This document shows, piece after piece, positions 13,301 through 27,317 of a stretch of 64,000 nucleotides of DNA; position 1 is the first letter of the stretch, and the number at the start of each line of letters is the position of its first letter. The position numbers were made by a program, and so were the translations under genes. The DNA comes from Chrysomallon squamiferum (lineage: Eukaryota; Animalia; Mollusca): the NCBI GenBank assembly GCA_012295275.1, contig CM022670.1, forward strand, positions 27,342,001-27,406,000. Reading direction: 5' to 3'. The notes beneath the pieces were generated by a model. It was not told where the DNA came from and ran no database searches. It was given only the letters and a program-made list of their open reading frames with translations.

Positions 13301-16300
13301 ATAAAATAATCCAAGATGGTGATCACAAAGAACAGCCTATACAGTAGAGGCAACATGTTGCAGCTTTTATGCATTATAATTATTAAATAATTATTAGTAT
13401 TAAAATATGCTGTACTGTTCCTAAGTAAATATCCATTCATCTATTCATCTGAGATATTGTTAATACTTTATGTCATAACATTATACTAAAGCTGTTACAC
13501 ATAAAAGTATTGACTATTCCAGTGAGGAGAAAAAGTAATACTAAACACGTGATCAGTTACCGTGTAATATTGTTAATATTTCACTCATGTTGTATTTTCA
13601 TATCATCACTATTTAATACTGAAATTTGCCAAATAATAACACAAATATATGTCATAATACTCAACAGTTAGAAGTCATTCGTATTTGTTGTGTTGATTTT
13701 TTATTATATCATAATTTGGATATACCACATAACAATTAATTTAACATTTTAATAATAAAAGTATTTTCATCATCTAATTATTTTAAGATATAAAATGTTT
13801 TTGACATAATACCATTCAATATTTTTATATCATTAATATCAATATACTGATATTTGGTATTTAATAATTTTAATATTACTGAACATTACTTAAGTGAAGG
13901 CATATTAATTTAAATATTACTTATTTGAATGAATATTAACAGAAGTATTACTTATTTGGATGAATATTAATCTAAATGTTATTTGTTTGACTAGATATTA
14001 ATCTAAATATTAGTTATTTGAATGAATATTAAGCTAAGTATTAAATACTGGAATAAATATTAACTGAAACATAACCTATTTGAATAATTATATGAATGAA
14101 TATTAATCTAAATTTTGCTTATGTGAATGATTATTAACTGAAATATTACTTGTTTTAATGAATAGTAATCTAAATATTATATTTGTAAATGAAAATTAAT
14201 CCAAATATACCTTTTTGACAACAATTAAATATTACTTACCTGAATGAATATTAAAGCTAAATATTGCTTATTTTAGTGAATATTAAACTAAATGTTACTT
14301 ATTTTAATGTCAGTTTACATATGTTTCTATACAAGAGTTGGATTTACTTTAAAACTGTCAACACAAATTTGTTTACTGTTGGGTCTGACACAATTAGCGT
14401 TTATCGCTGTTTTCAGCAATTATTAACTCTAAATATGTTAACATTTGTTACTTACTATCATTAACACTAGACGTATTGATTTTATCATTAATCTGAAATA
14501 TCTTGACACTTAACATTAATTATTTTTAAAACTGTATATGATAATTATATCAATAATTCTAAGTAGACTGACAATTATCATTTAATTTTTTTAATTTTAT
14601 CATTAATTTTTATGATAATAATTAGTTGTTATTATATAAGATATAATATTATTAACTCTTTAAATGTTTACTATTAAACGTATCCAACTCTAAAGATTTT
14701 TACAGCAGTTGTCAAATATCTTTATGATAGACTGGTTTCATTAATAATTAGTAAGTTGAATACCTGTTACAGCCTAATATCTTCATGCTAGACTGGTTTC
14801 ATTAATTGTTAATACACTGAATGCCTTTTATAGTCTAATATCTTTATACACAACTGGTTTCATTAATTGTTAATACACTGAATGCCTATTATAGTCTAAT
14901 ATCTTTATACACAACTGGTTTCATTAATTGTTAATACACTGAATGCCTATTATAGTCTAATATCTTTATACAAGACTGGTTTCATTAAATGTTAATACAT
15001 TGATGCCTATTACAGTCTAGTATCTTCATACTAGACTGGTTTCATTAAATGTTAATACATTGAATGCCTAATACAGCCTAATACCTTCATACTAGACTGG
15101 TTTCATTAAATGTTAATACACTGAATGCCTAATACAGCCTAATACCTTCATACTAGGCTGGTTTCATCAAATGTTAAAATATATTAAATGATTGTTGGCA
15201 TGTTGAACTTTATAATTAATTTCATTATCTTATGCCCATTGTTATCTCTAAATGTTATTATCTTTATCACTACTAAATATGTTAACAGTCAGTAAAATAA
15301 ACTGACTCTTCTAATTAACTATTAATATATTGATTACTGTGTTAACACTTAATATGCTGAATGCTGTGATTAACTCAGAATACAGTGTTCAATGTTATAA
15401 TGCACATTAAGTATATTGGTTTATGTTGAGATAATGATGTAATAACTAATATTTAAATTATATCATTAACTCTAAATATGTTTACTCTTATTTTGACCAT
15501 TATAATTAATTACTTTTCTTTTAAAAAAAAAAAAAAGTTAAAAGTCACTTTTAATAAAATACCAAACTGTTCTATTATAATCCATTCCTAATTTACTGAT
15601 TTTTGCAACAACAACTCTAATATGTTCATTTTTTCTTTAACATATTTGGCTGTTACAAATAACTCTTAATATGCTGGCAGTTAACACTAACTTTTAAGAT
15701 ATTTATAGTTGCAAATAACTTTTGACATATTGAGAGTTACAAATAACTTTTAACTCATTGGCTCTTAGTCTTAACAAATTGCTTGTTACAAATAACTCTT
15801 TAACATATTGAGAGTTACAAATAACTTTTAACTCATTGGCTCTTAGTCTTAACAAATATCTAAACATTTTGGCCCTTACAGATGACTTTTATTTGTTTGA
15901 CCACTATCACCAGACATGTTAGTTTTCTAAGTTGTTGACTATTTGTAGGCAATAGTACGAAACCAGGAAGAGTTCCCTTGTGTTACAGCTCTGTTGCCAA
16001 GGAATTCTGCTAACAACAACAAGCCAGAGGTGGTTACATGTGAGTAACATTTCAGTTCTTATCATTACTGAATTACATTTCAGTTTTTACATTTAATTAA
16101 TATTTCAGTTTTATATCTTTACTGAAAAACATTTCAGTTTTTGCAGTTAACTGATATTTCAGTTTTTATCTTTACTGAATAACATTTAATTTTTTTACCA
16201 TACTGACTTTCATTGTATCATTACTAAGTAACATTTCAGTTTCCATCATTATGCAAACAAAATGTCTTCACAACATCTTTTCATTGAAGAAAAAATATTC

Positions 16301-17809
16301 CTCAAATCCAGTTGCCATATTAGAACTGTATTTACATTCATTATTAAGAGGAATGGAAATCTGAAGACAAAAGTGAACTTCCCAGGAGTTTTGACAGTCA
16401 CATCTAGTCTCTGAGTCTCAATTACTGCGTAGTCATATTTCTTTTTTATTTCTATCCAGGGATCCTTTTTATTGAAGTTCATTTATATGTTTTGTCTCTC
16501 TGGTACCAACATCTATGGTTAAAACTTAGTTTTATTAGTTACAGGTCAAAGTACAGATCTCATTGGGAAAGTGTACATTCACGTATGTGCATATACATGC
16601 ATATACATATGAGTCTGCACACACACATGTACATGCATACATACATACATACTTACATATATATTTATATATATACTCACATACATACATTAATAGTAAA
16701 CATTTAACATGTCTTAATTGTTACCATATGCAAAAATGTAGAAATGCTTAAAACTTTATGATATGTCAGTAATGTGTAGTGTTAGGACTAAATGCATGCA
16801 GCTTTGCATGTGCTAAATATACAACAGCTTCTTGACTGTATTACAGGCTTTTTAAATTATTTGTACATACACACACACTCTGACACACAAACGCACACAT
16901 ACACTTTTCCTTGTATAAAAGCTAATGTATGCAAACTCTGATTTGGATGGACACCATTGCTACTGGATTCAGTTCCCAAGACATTTCAAACAGCTGACTG
17001 ACTAAGTGATTGTCTCCAAGTCTCACTTTGTTAGAGTATTAAATCTTCATTGTGTCCTTGTTTGTAAGCACGGCTAGAGTGTGTGGTTTTTAAAGTCTAC
17101 TTCCAGCCATCAGTGGATGGATGGATAAACAGACAGATGGATGACTTTGGATAGATTGATAAAAGAAGAAAGATATAAAATTATTGTACACAATTTGGAC
17201 ACATTAAGATTAGATGATTTATCTCATGTGAAATATCAACAAGAGCAAGATATAATAATACTCCCTCTGTCATTTTACAAATGAAAGGTTAAATAATTCA
17301 AATTCAATTAAAAGTCATAGAAATAAATTCTGATGAAACGTCAAATAAAAATGAAAGGTTAAATACATTCTGATGAAAATTAAATAAATAAATAAATACA
17401 TATAAATGACAGGTTAAGTAATACATTAAGATGCAAATAATAAATAAATACAAGTGAAAGGGCAGACAAACAAATGCTGTTTTCTAAAACATAGCACACT
17501 CAGGAGAGAAATGTTTTAGAATTTCCATTTAGATAGATTTCATCATGGTGATAAAACCTCTATCTCCACAAATCCACATTTATAAATGGCTCTCATTTAG
17601 AAGCCTTCGTTGCCTGCATGTTATTCTGCAGTGGTAGGTGATCTGTTTCAGTGACAGGGATGTGCAGTATCACGTTTTATTCCATGCATTGACATGAAGG
17701 TGTGTTATTGATTCCATTCAAATATCACTTCTTTCTGACAGATTGAACATTTCCTAACAGTAAAACATTTATATGTATAAGTATGTAAATGTGTGTGTGT
17801 ATATGTGTG

Positions 17810-17841
<32 letters not shown>

Positions 17842-17847
17842 TGTATG

Positions 17848-17880
<33 letters not shown>

Positions 17881-18727
17881 TTATATATATATATGTATAT
17901 GTATGTGTGTATGTATGCATAAATGATTTCTCTTTCATTCTTTCTCTATTTCTGTTTATCTCTCTTTCACTTTCTATCTCTATATATATCTGTCTATATT
18001 TATCTATCTATCTATCTATCTATTTATAGACTGATAGATATATAAAGATAGACAGACAGAGACATTTGCAGGAATTTAAAAATTAAAATATTTATTAAAA
18101 ATTGTTTATTTTCTTTTCTATATTTACACAGTTGTACCAAGATGATGAAATATAAAAACGGAAAAGTTTGTTGTAAATGTTTGTGTGGAACTTTGGCAAA
18201 TGTAAATAGGATTAAGCACAACTAAAAAATATTGAATGTGTGAGTGAGTGAATTGATTTTACATAGAGATGTGGATGTGAGTGTTACTTTGTGAGTGGAA
18301 GAGTCAATGAACTGTTTTAATATTTGTTTTGTTTTTTACATGCATTGCTATTACCTACTGATATATCATTATTATTTTTTACTATTATTATTATATCTGG
18401 AGGGTACATTTCTTTTCTTTTTTAATTATAACTGTTCAGTGTTTCTGCCTTTTTTATAATGGTGAATATAAAAAAATAATGAGACTGTTGATGAGAGACA
18501 AAATTGTCAGCAGATCTATAGTTAGTCCAGAGGACATGGCAATGTTGAAAAATCATGGAGTTTTAACAATTAATGCATGTTGAAGTAATATCAAGTTTCA
18601 TGAAGATTTATACTTTATTATTATTATTATTTTATTGTTATTATTATTATTATTATTGTTATTTATCAATATTATTATTATTATTAATAATTTTTGTTTA
18701 TGGATTTTTTTTTTAATTAAACAAAAT

Positions 18728-18772
<45 letters not shown>

Positions 18773-21700
18773 CACAAGACATTGAGCACATTGTTTACAT
18801 TTTCCACAGACTCCAGTAGTAAAACACTGTCTAATATTAAAACATTTGTAGCATGTAACAGGTGGATATGATCTTTATTTAACATCACTGTCAGTGTGTG
18901 AAGATGTATAAATAGCTTTCTTGTCAACTGATGGTTTTATTCCATGTTCATAAGTTGTAGGAGAGGTGAACACCATAAACCATCAGCTACTGGATCCACT
19001 TTGAAAAGTTCAGAATGTAACATTTATGTGTTATTTCCCATTCTGCTAGGACTCCATTGTCCAATGCCATGTTTTGTGTTATCCTCTCTGTGAGAAATTA
19101 TGTGTGGCTGCTATTTTGATAAGAGTTGTTTGTCACAAAACAGTCAATTTATAGTAGAAATGGTAGAGATTTTGTTTATACAAAATCCAAGGTTTTTAAG
19201 GTGTCATAATAAATGTATTTATTCATATGAACATGCATACATACATACATACACACACACATACACAGATACATACAAACACACACACACACCATCACAC
19301 ACATATAAATATAGTATATGTCATAAACTGAACTCACTTCATTTTGAATAAATTAAAAAAAAAAAAAAAAAAAAACATTTACCAGCTTTCCACTTACAAG
19401 ATTAACACATAATTAAATTATAAGTGTTTCGTAACACACTCCTGTCAACCAATCAAATGAAAAACACGCGAGAGTTCCACTGGGTTACCCCACTTACACA
19501 CAGCGCTACAACCCCAACACTGCATGATCACCACTGATCCATGTGGGGATTAGCAGAGTACACAGAACAAGTCTGCTAATATTAACTCAGTAATTTTATC
19601 CAATTACAATATAGTCTCTTGCGACAGTTTTCAGTTTATTCCAGAATCGAATGTCCAGGAATAATTCCAATGAAGTGTTTCTAATAACAGTGTACATTTT
19701 TAAAGTGGCTTAACTAGTAGACTTGCACACTTACCCAGTTCTGTAGCCTTAACTTCTGTTTTTTATTTTATTACATTTCTAATTTTATACCTTACTGATA
19801 AATTAAATATGGCTAATAAATGAGGCTGGCTGAATTGTAGAATTCCTAATTTGTAAATCAGATTACTGCACTGATAAATGAATTTAATCTTTGTAAGTGT
19901 ATTATTTTTTTATTTCAATAATTTATATAATTGTCTTTTCAGACTAATTATGGCAAATGCTATTTATAAGCTGCTTGTTTTTCTGAACTATCTCAGTTTT
20001 CTGTTTCTCCACAACCATTTCCTCAGTTTGTGTCAGTTTAACATTTCAAATGATTTATAAATGATTGTTCTGTGCTTACAAAACTCATTCAGTCAGAGAA
20101 ATTGTATACAATTACACAATTATTAGTATTTCACATTAAAAGTTATTCTGTTTTTAATTAGATTTTAACATTAATAGCAGAATGTTATCAGATTTTTGTT
20201 TTTGGAAAATTAAAAATGGTTAATAATGAAACAGGTAATTTATTATAGAATCGAAAACTTCTAAATTAAAGTAAAGCATTTGTAACTGAGATAAAACAAA
20301 TGCTAACTGTATAAGAGAGAGAGTAGTCATATAAAAAAAAATAATAATAATAAAAAAGAATGAACAAAATAAAAAAAAATAAAAAAAATAATAATAATAA
20401 TAATACAATTACAAAAAAAAGAGTAAAAATCTCCCAAAATTAATTATAAAAAAAGGTGCGATATATTTGAATTAGCAAGTGATATAACACTGACTATTAC
20501 ACCACACAAATAATAATTACACTCTACTAAATTGCCAGATCCGGTTTCTAGAAGATAAAGTGTTAATCAAACAGTGGTTTTGTTTGGGTTTCCCAACACA
20601 AATTGCAGTTACCTTCGTTCTGTTATTCAGATAAGTGCTTTTTTATATGCACAACTGAATCTGAGCTGATACATCAGCAAGTTCTCATTTCCACGGGGAA
20701 TGTTTCCTCTGCTAAACTATCGTTATTTATGGGTGTGTATACAAAACCAAGTTTCTATTTCCATAGGGAATGTTTCTCACAGCAATGCTGTCTTTCTTTA
20801 TGGTCTTGTGTCTGTAATTTGTTTGATCTTTTGGTCCCCTTTTTTTGATTGCTCGCTGCTGCTGTGAAAATGAAAAGGAGATCCGTGAAGCAGAATAACG
20901 CGATGGTGCACCATGCATAAAACATATTCAGTGCAAAAATAGCCGTCACTAAAAATAACACAGTCGACTGAGTTAGCTGTTACAAACACCTGCGTAAAAC
21001 AGTGAATAAAGGGGAAATGCTACTGTCACATTAAAACAAATAGCAGTCCTAACTGTAATGGACACCTGTAGATAGATACAAATGTGGACAATACTTAATT
21101 GCAGACATAAAAATATATAAATACATTACGTTGTTGAGAGTGAAAGGAATTAAACATTACTCCACTGTTATTATGTTAAAGTATGCTGTTGCAGTGCCAG
21201 AGTCTTCAGTTTATGATAATCTGAAAATAACAGTACTGCCTATTTACAACAAAATAAATTAAATATGTAATATAAAACAGTCTATATAAAGAAAAATGGA
21301 TATGAAAATGAAATGTTAAAAGGATAGAAGAATGAAAAAAGAAGTCCTAAATATCCAGCTATGATGTACAGCTGTGTAATCCAGGGCATGATACATAAAA
21401 ATACTGCAAAAAAAGAAAAAAAGAAAAAAAAGAAGACATTTAATTATTGACTTTAATTAATTGTGGACATAAAGTTGAAATATTATCACAATAAAAGCAA
21501 GGGAAAGCTAAAAGTATACAGCTAACAAATCCATGTAATGGACACCTCTGTAATATAAGTGATTTACATAATGGTGGCCACAGAATGTCACGGTAACCAG
21601 CTATAAAGTAAACATATATTACTAAACAACAGTAATTGATGTTAAAAGGAAATATTACCTTTTACAAAGTCAAGGTATTTAGTGGCTTAATGAACACTTT

Positions 21701-24700
21701 TGCAAAATAAGGAATTTTTAAAGGGGGAACTAGGAAAAAAAAGCCTTTTACATGATTTGCCAAACATTCATTTTATACTGCATTTTCTTTATAGTTCCCA
21801 GGATATGATTTTGATTATTTAAAAATCAGTTTAGATATTTGTAAATTTTCTAAATTTCCAGAGAGATTAAATCTATTATATTTATATTTCTTTTTTTTTT
21901 CAATCCTGTTATTTTATTTAAAAAAAAAAAAAAAAAAGTTTCTAAAGTTTCCTCACTAGTTTCCTCACCAGTGATATTGTGTTTGACTTTAAATTTTGTT
22001 TAAACCTTATGTGCATTATTTTTATATTTTGTTCCAAAATATTTTATGTAAACTGAATATATTCTGTGAAAAGTGAAAAAAACAATTTTTTTTTCTTATG
22101 AAGCTGATTTATGTTATGTCATTATTTACTCTGTTGACATCAGTTTAATTTCAACATAAAAGTGTACAATACGTTTTTAGAAAGCTCTGCAAGTTACAGA
22201 TGAATTCAATTTCACGGAAGCTCTGGTAAGATAAAACTTTGAAATCAATAAAATCTTTGAAACTAACAAAACAAAAGAGAATTGATCTGAAAACGGCAAA
22301 CAATGCAATTCTTTGTCCTCACCCCGACCTCTTGCAGTCTGCAAATTATTTCATCCATTCAGTCACGTGCCTCTTCCACTCCTACTTACAAACGCAGCCA
22401 AGTGTAAAATCAACAAACTGCTTCATCACATGCACACTCATAAAAGATTTTTTCTGCTGCTGTGTGTTTTATATTGTTCAGAGTTTACCAATGCTATCAT
22501 CTTTTATTCAATCATCAAATGTTGATCATGTATCTGTTATTATTGTTAATAATTAGCCGATATTATCATTTATGTTACCAGTGAAGTGATGTGGACAGAT
22601 CTCTTACTGTGTTCAACACTGTTAACTACCTGTGTGTAATCATCAAGAGTTGACATACATTTTTTATTTTAAAAAAATAGTCAATGTTATCAACTTCGTA
22701 ATCATTAGTAAAGTGGTATGGACAGAAATTTTACCGTTAAGATTTATCAATAATGTTAAGTATACCTCTAACTTTGCTAAATCAACAAAAATTGATGTTA
22801 TAATTTTTTACTTTCTATTTTGTTATTGATTTATTTTTATTACTTTTTTATTATTATTTTTTTTAAGTTTAGCCAATATTAAAAATGTTATGACGATTAA
22901 AGTGGTATGTACAGATACTTTTCTGTTAAGAATTTACCAGTACTATTTACTAAAGCACTGTATTTGTTAAACAGTCTCTTTGTTCCTATTGTTCAGAACT
23001 GGTGTATATTATAAACTATACTGCTTCACTTGTTAATCATGAGACAGTGACTGGAACACAAAATACACAAATGGAAGAACCAAGAAGTACTGAGCAAAAA
23101 CTTATCATGTCCCAGCCATTAAATAACAATAGAAAAAAAAAAACCAAAACCATATATATTTTATTATGCTCTTGTTAGATGCCACTGAAAAGCACATTCA
23201 TACATGTATGTCTTTAAATGTTACAAACTTTATATATATGTGATAATTCTTCAATATCTCTGTATTCGGGTGATTAACTATACCATATCAGATTTATTTA
23301 TTTTACCTTAAGAGATCCAGAAGTGAAAAGAAACATAAATAATAATAATAATAATAATAATAATGATGATGATGATGATAATAATAATAATAATAATCAT
23401 GATGATGATGATGATGATGATGTTGATAATAATCTTTCTGAACATTGTAAGCCACATTTAATGATTATATCTTGTTTCCAGCTCCACTAAATGGATTTTT
23501 TTCTCTTAAAACTAATTTTTTTTTTGCAATGAATCAAACTTCAAGTCATTCAACCGTGCTAATGGTCCACTTCACACCACAAAATCAAAAACAAATTTGT
23601 CATTTAAAAAAATTCAATAAAAAAAGAAGAAAAAAAAAAGAAGAAGCAGAAAATGTATTATGGCTGTTCAGGACAGTCTTTTCAGCTTTCCATATTAATT
23701 TTTCATGTTTATTTTCCAGTACATAATTGTATGACTAATTATAATCTATATACACAGTTATGTTATTGACTGAATAACAGTTACATAATTGTAACAGCAT
23801 TATTACCAAGTTTGGCTACTTCACTGTTTGCACTGACATAGCTAACTTTTCTTGTGTCATGTATTCATACATCCAGACAAATGCACGTACTTACAATGTA
23901 TGCACCCATATACACTGTAAATATGTATAAGCATACATACATACTTACACCCAGAGACACACATACAATATTTTGTGAGGCTATAAAAAATTTAACTGCT
24001 AGAAACAGGATTTGAACTCACTACCTACTGTAGACATGGCACTGTTTTCTTCATGAGATATCATCCAAAGCTAATGGAGATATAACATCAAAATATGCCA
24101 AACAACACTATAGAGGGAATAGTTATCTGGAATAAATATAGTAACTTTATATTAATTAAATCTTGTAACTAATTTTATATTAGTTAATCCATTCATTAGC
24201 TTTATATTATATAAATACTATAAACTAACTTTATTTTATTTAAATTATATAAACTAACTTTATATTAGTTAAATACTATAACTAACTTTATATTATTAAG
24301 ATCTTATAACTAACTTATATTGTCTAAATCTCAAAAATAAACTTTATATTGTTTAAACTCCAGTACATTTTTATTATTTATACTCTATCATTAGCATTGA
24401 TTTATTTAAATACGTTCATGTCATTAGTTAAATTCCCATAGCTAAGTTTATATCAGCTAGTTAAATCTAATAATAACTAACTTTAAATAATTTATGTCTC
24501 ATAATTAACTTTATATTATTTAAATTCTGGACAATGCTAGTACCTCATCTGTTTTGCCTTCAATTTGTTGTATTATTTATAATATCATTTACCTTTGCAT
24601 AATTTTTTTTTATTATTATTATTTATTTATTTTTCAGATGACCACAGTAGAGTAATTTTACGTGATCTTCCACCAGGATGTGACAATGATTATATCAATG

Positions 24701-25907
24701 CTAGTTATATTGATGTAAGTATCAGTTATATGGACATAAATAATAATTATGTTGATATAAATAACAGATCTGTTCATATATATAAGTTACACTGATTTAA
24801 GTAACAGTTACATTTATGTAATTTCATACAATAATAAATGTGGTGGTTATTTTTAATTAATATTATTTACTTTATTTTCATTTTATTTATTTATTTGTTT
24901 ATTTATTTATTTACTTGTTTTCTTGTTTTTGTTTTTCCTTTAATAAAATTACTTTTATTTTTTATTTATATTTCTAGTTGTGTTTTATTGATTATTTTTT
25001 ATAATTATTTTTTACTGTTTGTTTTGTTGTTGTTGTTGTTTTTTTTGTACTGATCTATATGTGACATTCAGGATGTTTTCTATTTAATAAATAAATAAAT
25101 CAAACATGATACCGGACTTTTTTCTTTTTTTTTTTTTTTTTTCATCATGACAGACTAAGACCTAAGGTATTTTTCATTCATTTGAACTAGAAGATTAAAG
25201 GATAACAGAAGACAGATTTAAAAATTTCTTTAGATGTTATTATACATATTTTCCGTTTTTCATCTTCAGATTTATTTGTGTGTTGGTTCCCGTTTTAGCT
25301 GTGTCATTATAACAGACAAATATTTTTTAATTTTTGTTTTTCCTTTAAAAAAAAAACAAATAAAAAAAAAAAAATTCTTTTATGGAAGAAATTATATTTA
25401 CCTTTTGCATTAATGGAGCTTTATTATTTTTCGGGTTTTTTGGTTCAGTTTTGTAGGTTTTTTGTTCTCGTATCCATTGTATTATTTTCAAGAAGAAATA
25501 ATTTTCATCTGTTTTTCCTTTCTTTGAAAAAAAAAAAAAAAAAAAAATAAAAAAATCTTTATGAAAGAAATAACACTTTGTCATTTGGCTACTAATTTTG
25601 TTTAGATATTTTAATACCTTTCTGAGATTCATTGTGACATGAAGTTTATTTATACAAACAAAATAAAATATAAAAAAAAAAAAAAATTAAAAAAAGAAGA
25701 AAAAGAAATATTTTATAAAAAGATGAAGAAAAACATGTCTAAACAAAACTTTTATTTTTTATAGTTTAATAGCTGTTAAAGTTTAAAAATTCATGAGATT
25801 TAATTTAATTCAGTTTAATTAATTAATTAATTTATTTATTTATTTATTTATTTATTATTATTATTATTACTTTTAAATATTATTATTATTATTATTATTA
25901 CTTTTAC

Positions 25908-25965
<58 letters not shown>

Positions 25966-26825
25966 ATTATTATTATTATGTATCCTTTATATTTCTTTGA
26001 GGGGATTGATTTTGTTTTTGTTGTATAACGTTTTTTCTTTGTAATTTTTTCATAACATGTTTTACTTTAAATTATTATTTTGTTTTTACAGGGTTACACA
26101 TTGACCAAAGAATTCATAGCAACACAAGGTAAGTACATTTGTCTCATTTTGTCTCACAATTATTCTATCTCTGTGTCTTTAAGTCTTCAATTTCTTGTAA
26201 GACGTTAAAAAAAAAAAAAAAAAAAAAAAAAAACTATTCGTTTAAATAAGAGATTGAAACATTTTTAGCACAAATTAAAAATATTATATATTTCACAACA
26301 ATCTATAATTAATTTTATAATAAAAAAATTAGAAAAAAATTTAAAAATTAAAATAAATAAATAAATAAAATATAATTAAAAATACGAAAATGAAGCTAAT
26401 AATATGACCCTACTTTTACAGTCGTTATAAACGCCCTCCTTTTCTTACCAAAAGCCAAACTTTCGATACATTCCCTGAATCCCCGATAGAAAAATAACAT
26501 GATTCAAGATGGTAATAATCTGTGATTAACTTATAAATATAGAAAGCTGTGTGTATTTCAGGTAGTCCACGTAGAGTGAGTTCGTTTACCTGGCAGTTTT
26601 AAATATTAACTCGAGTATTCACGCTGAATGCTCCAGGGAAATTAAATCTATAATTATTTAAGTCAGTACACATTTTAATTAACGTCTTTCCAGAATGTGT
26701 CAGCCACAGACAAACTGAACAATATACACAATTACCAACAACATCTATTCACAAACAGAGATAAAGAATACATATAACTAAACACACACACTTTACATTT
26801 ATATTTATGTATCCTGAATATGTAT

Positions 26826-26860
<35 letters not shown>

Positions 26861-27266
26861 ATTTTCAACAGTAAAATAATTATGTTTGTTAATCATTATT
26901 ACAGTTTAAAGAATTAGTTATATATCTATATAAATAGAAAGTTTCAATTAAACAAGAAAAAGAACAGAGTCAGTATTTACTCACGTAAAAACAGATCAAA
27001 CAAAATGTTCAGGAATTCATATTTGGCAAAAGAAAAACTGATTGTGTAAAAACAATTATTTATTTAAAAACTGTATATATTTGTTCGTTTTCTGTCTTTT
27101 TTCTTTTCCTTTTTTAAATTTTATAGACTATTTCATTGTTTATTTTTACTGTTCTGTTACACATTTTTTTTTTAAACATTTGTTTTTACACTTATTTTTC
27201 TTTTCTCTTTTCTTTTTTATAATTTTAAAATGTTTTGTTTTTTTTAAATCATATTTTTGGGGTTTT

Positions 27267-27317
<51 letters not shown>

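Noticed and set aside
23995-24075. Minus-strand B-box-like GAGTTCAAATCC (similar tRNA-like scraps at ~38845 and ~47600)
   Set aside because: No cloverleaf can be built; at most SINE debris, not tRNA genes.
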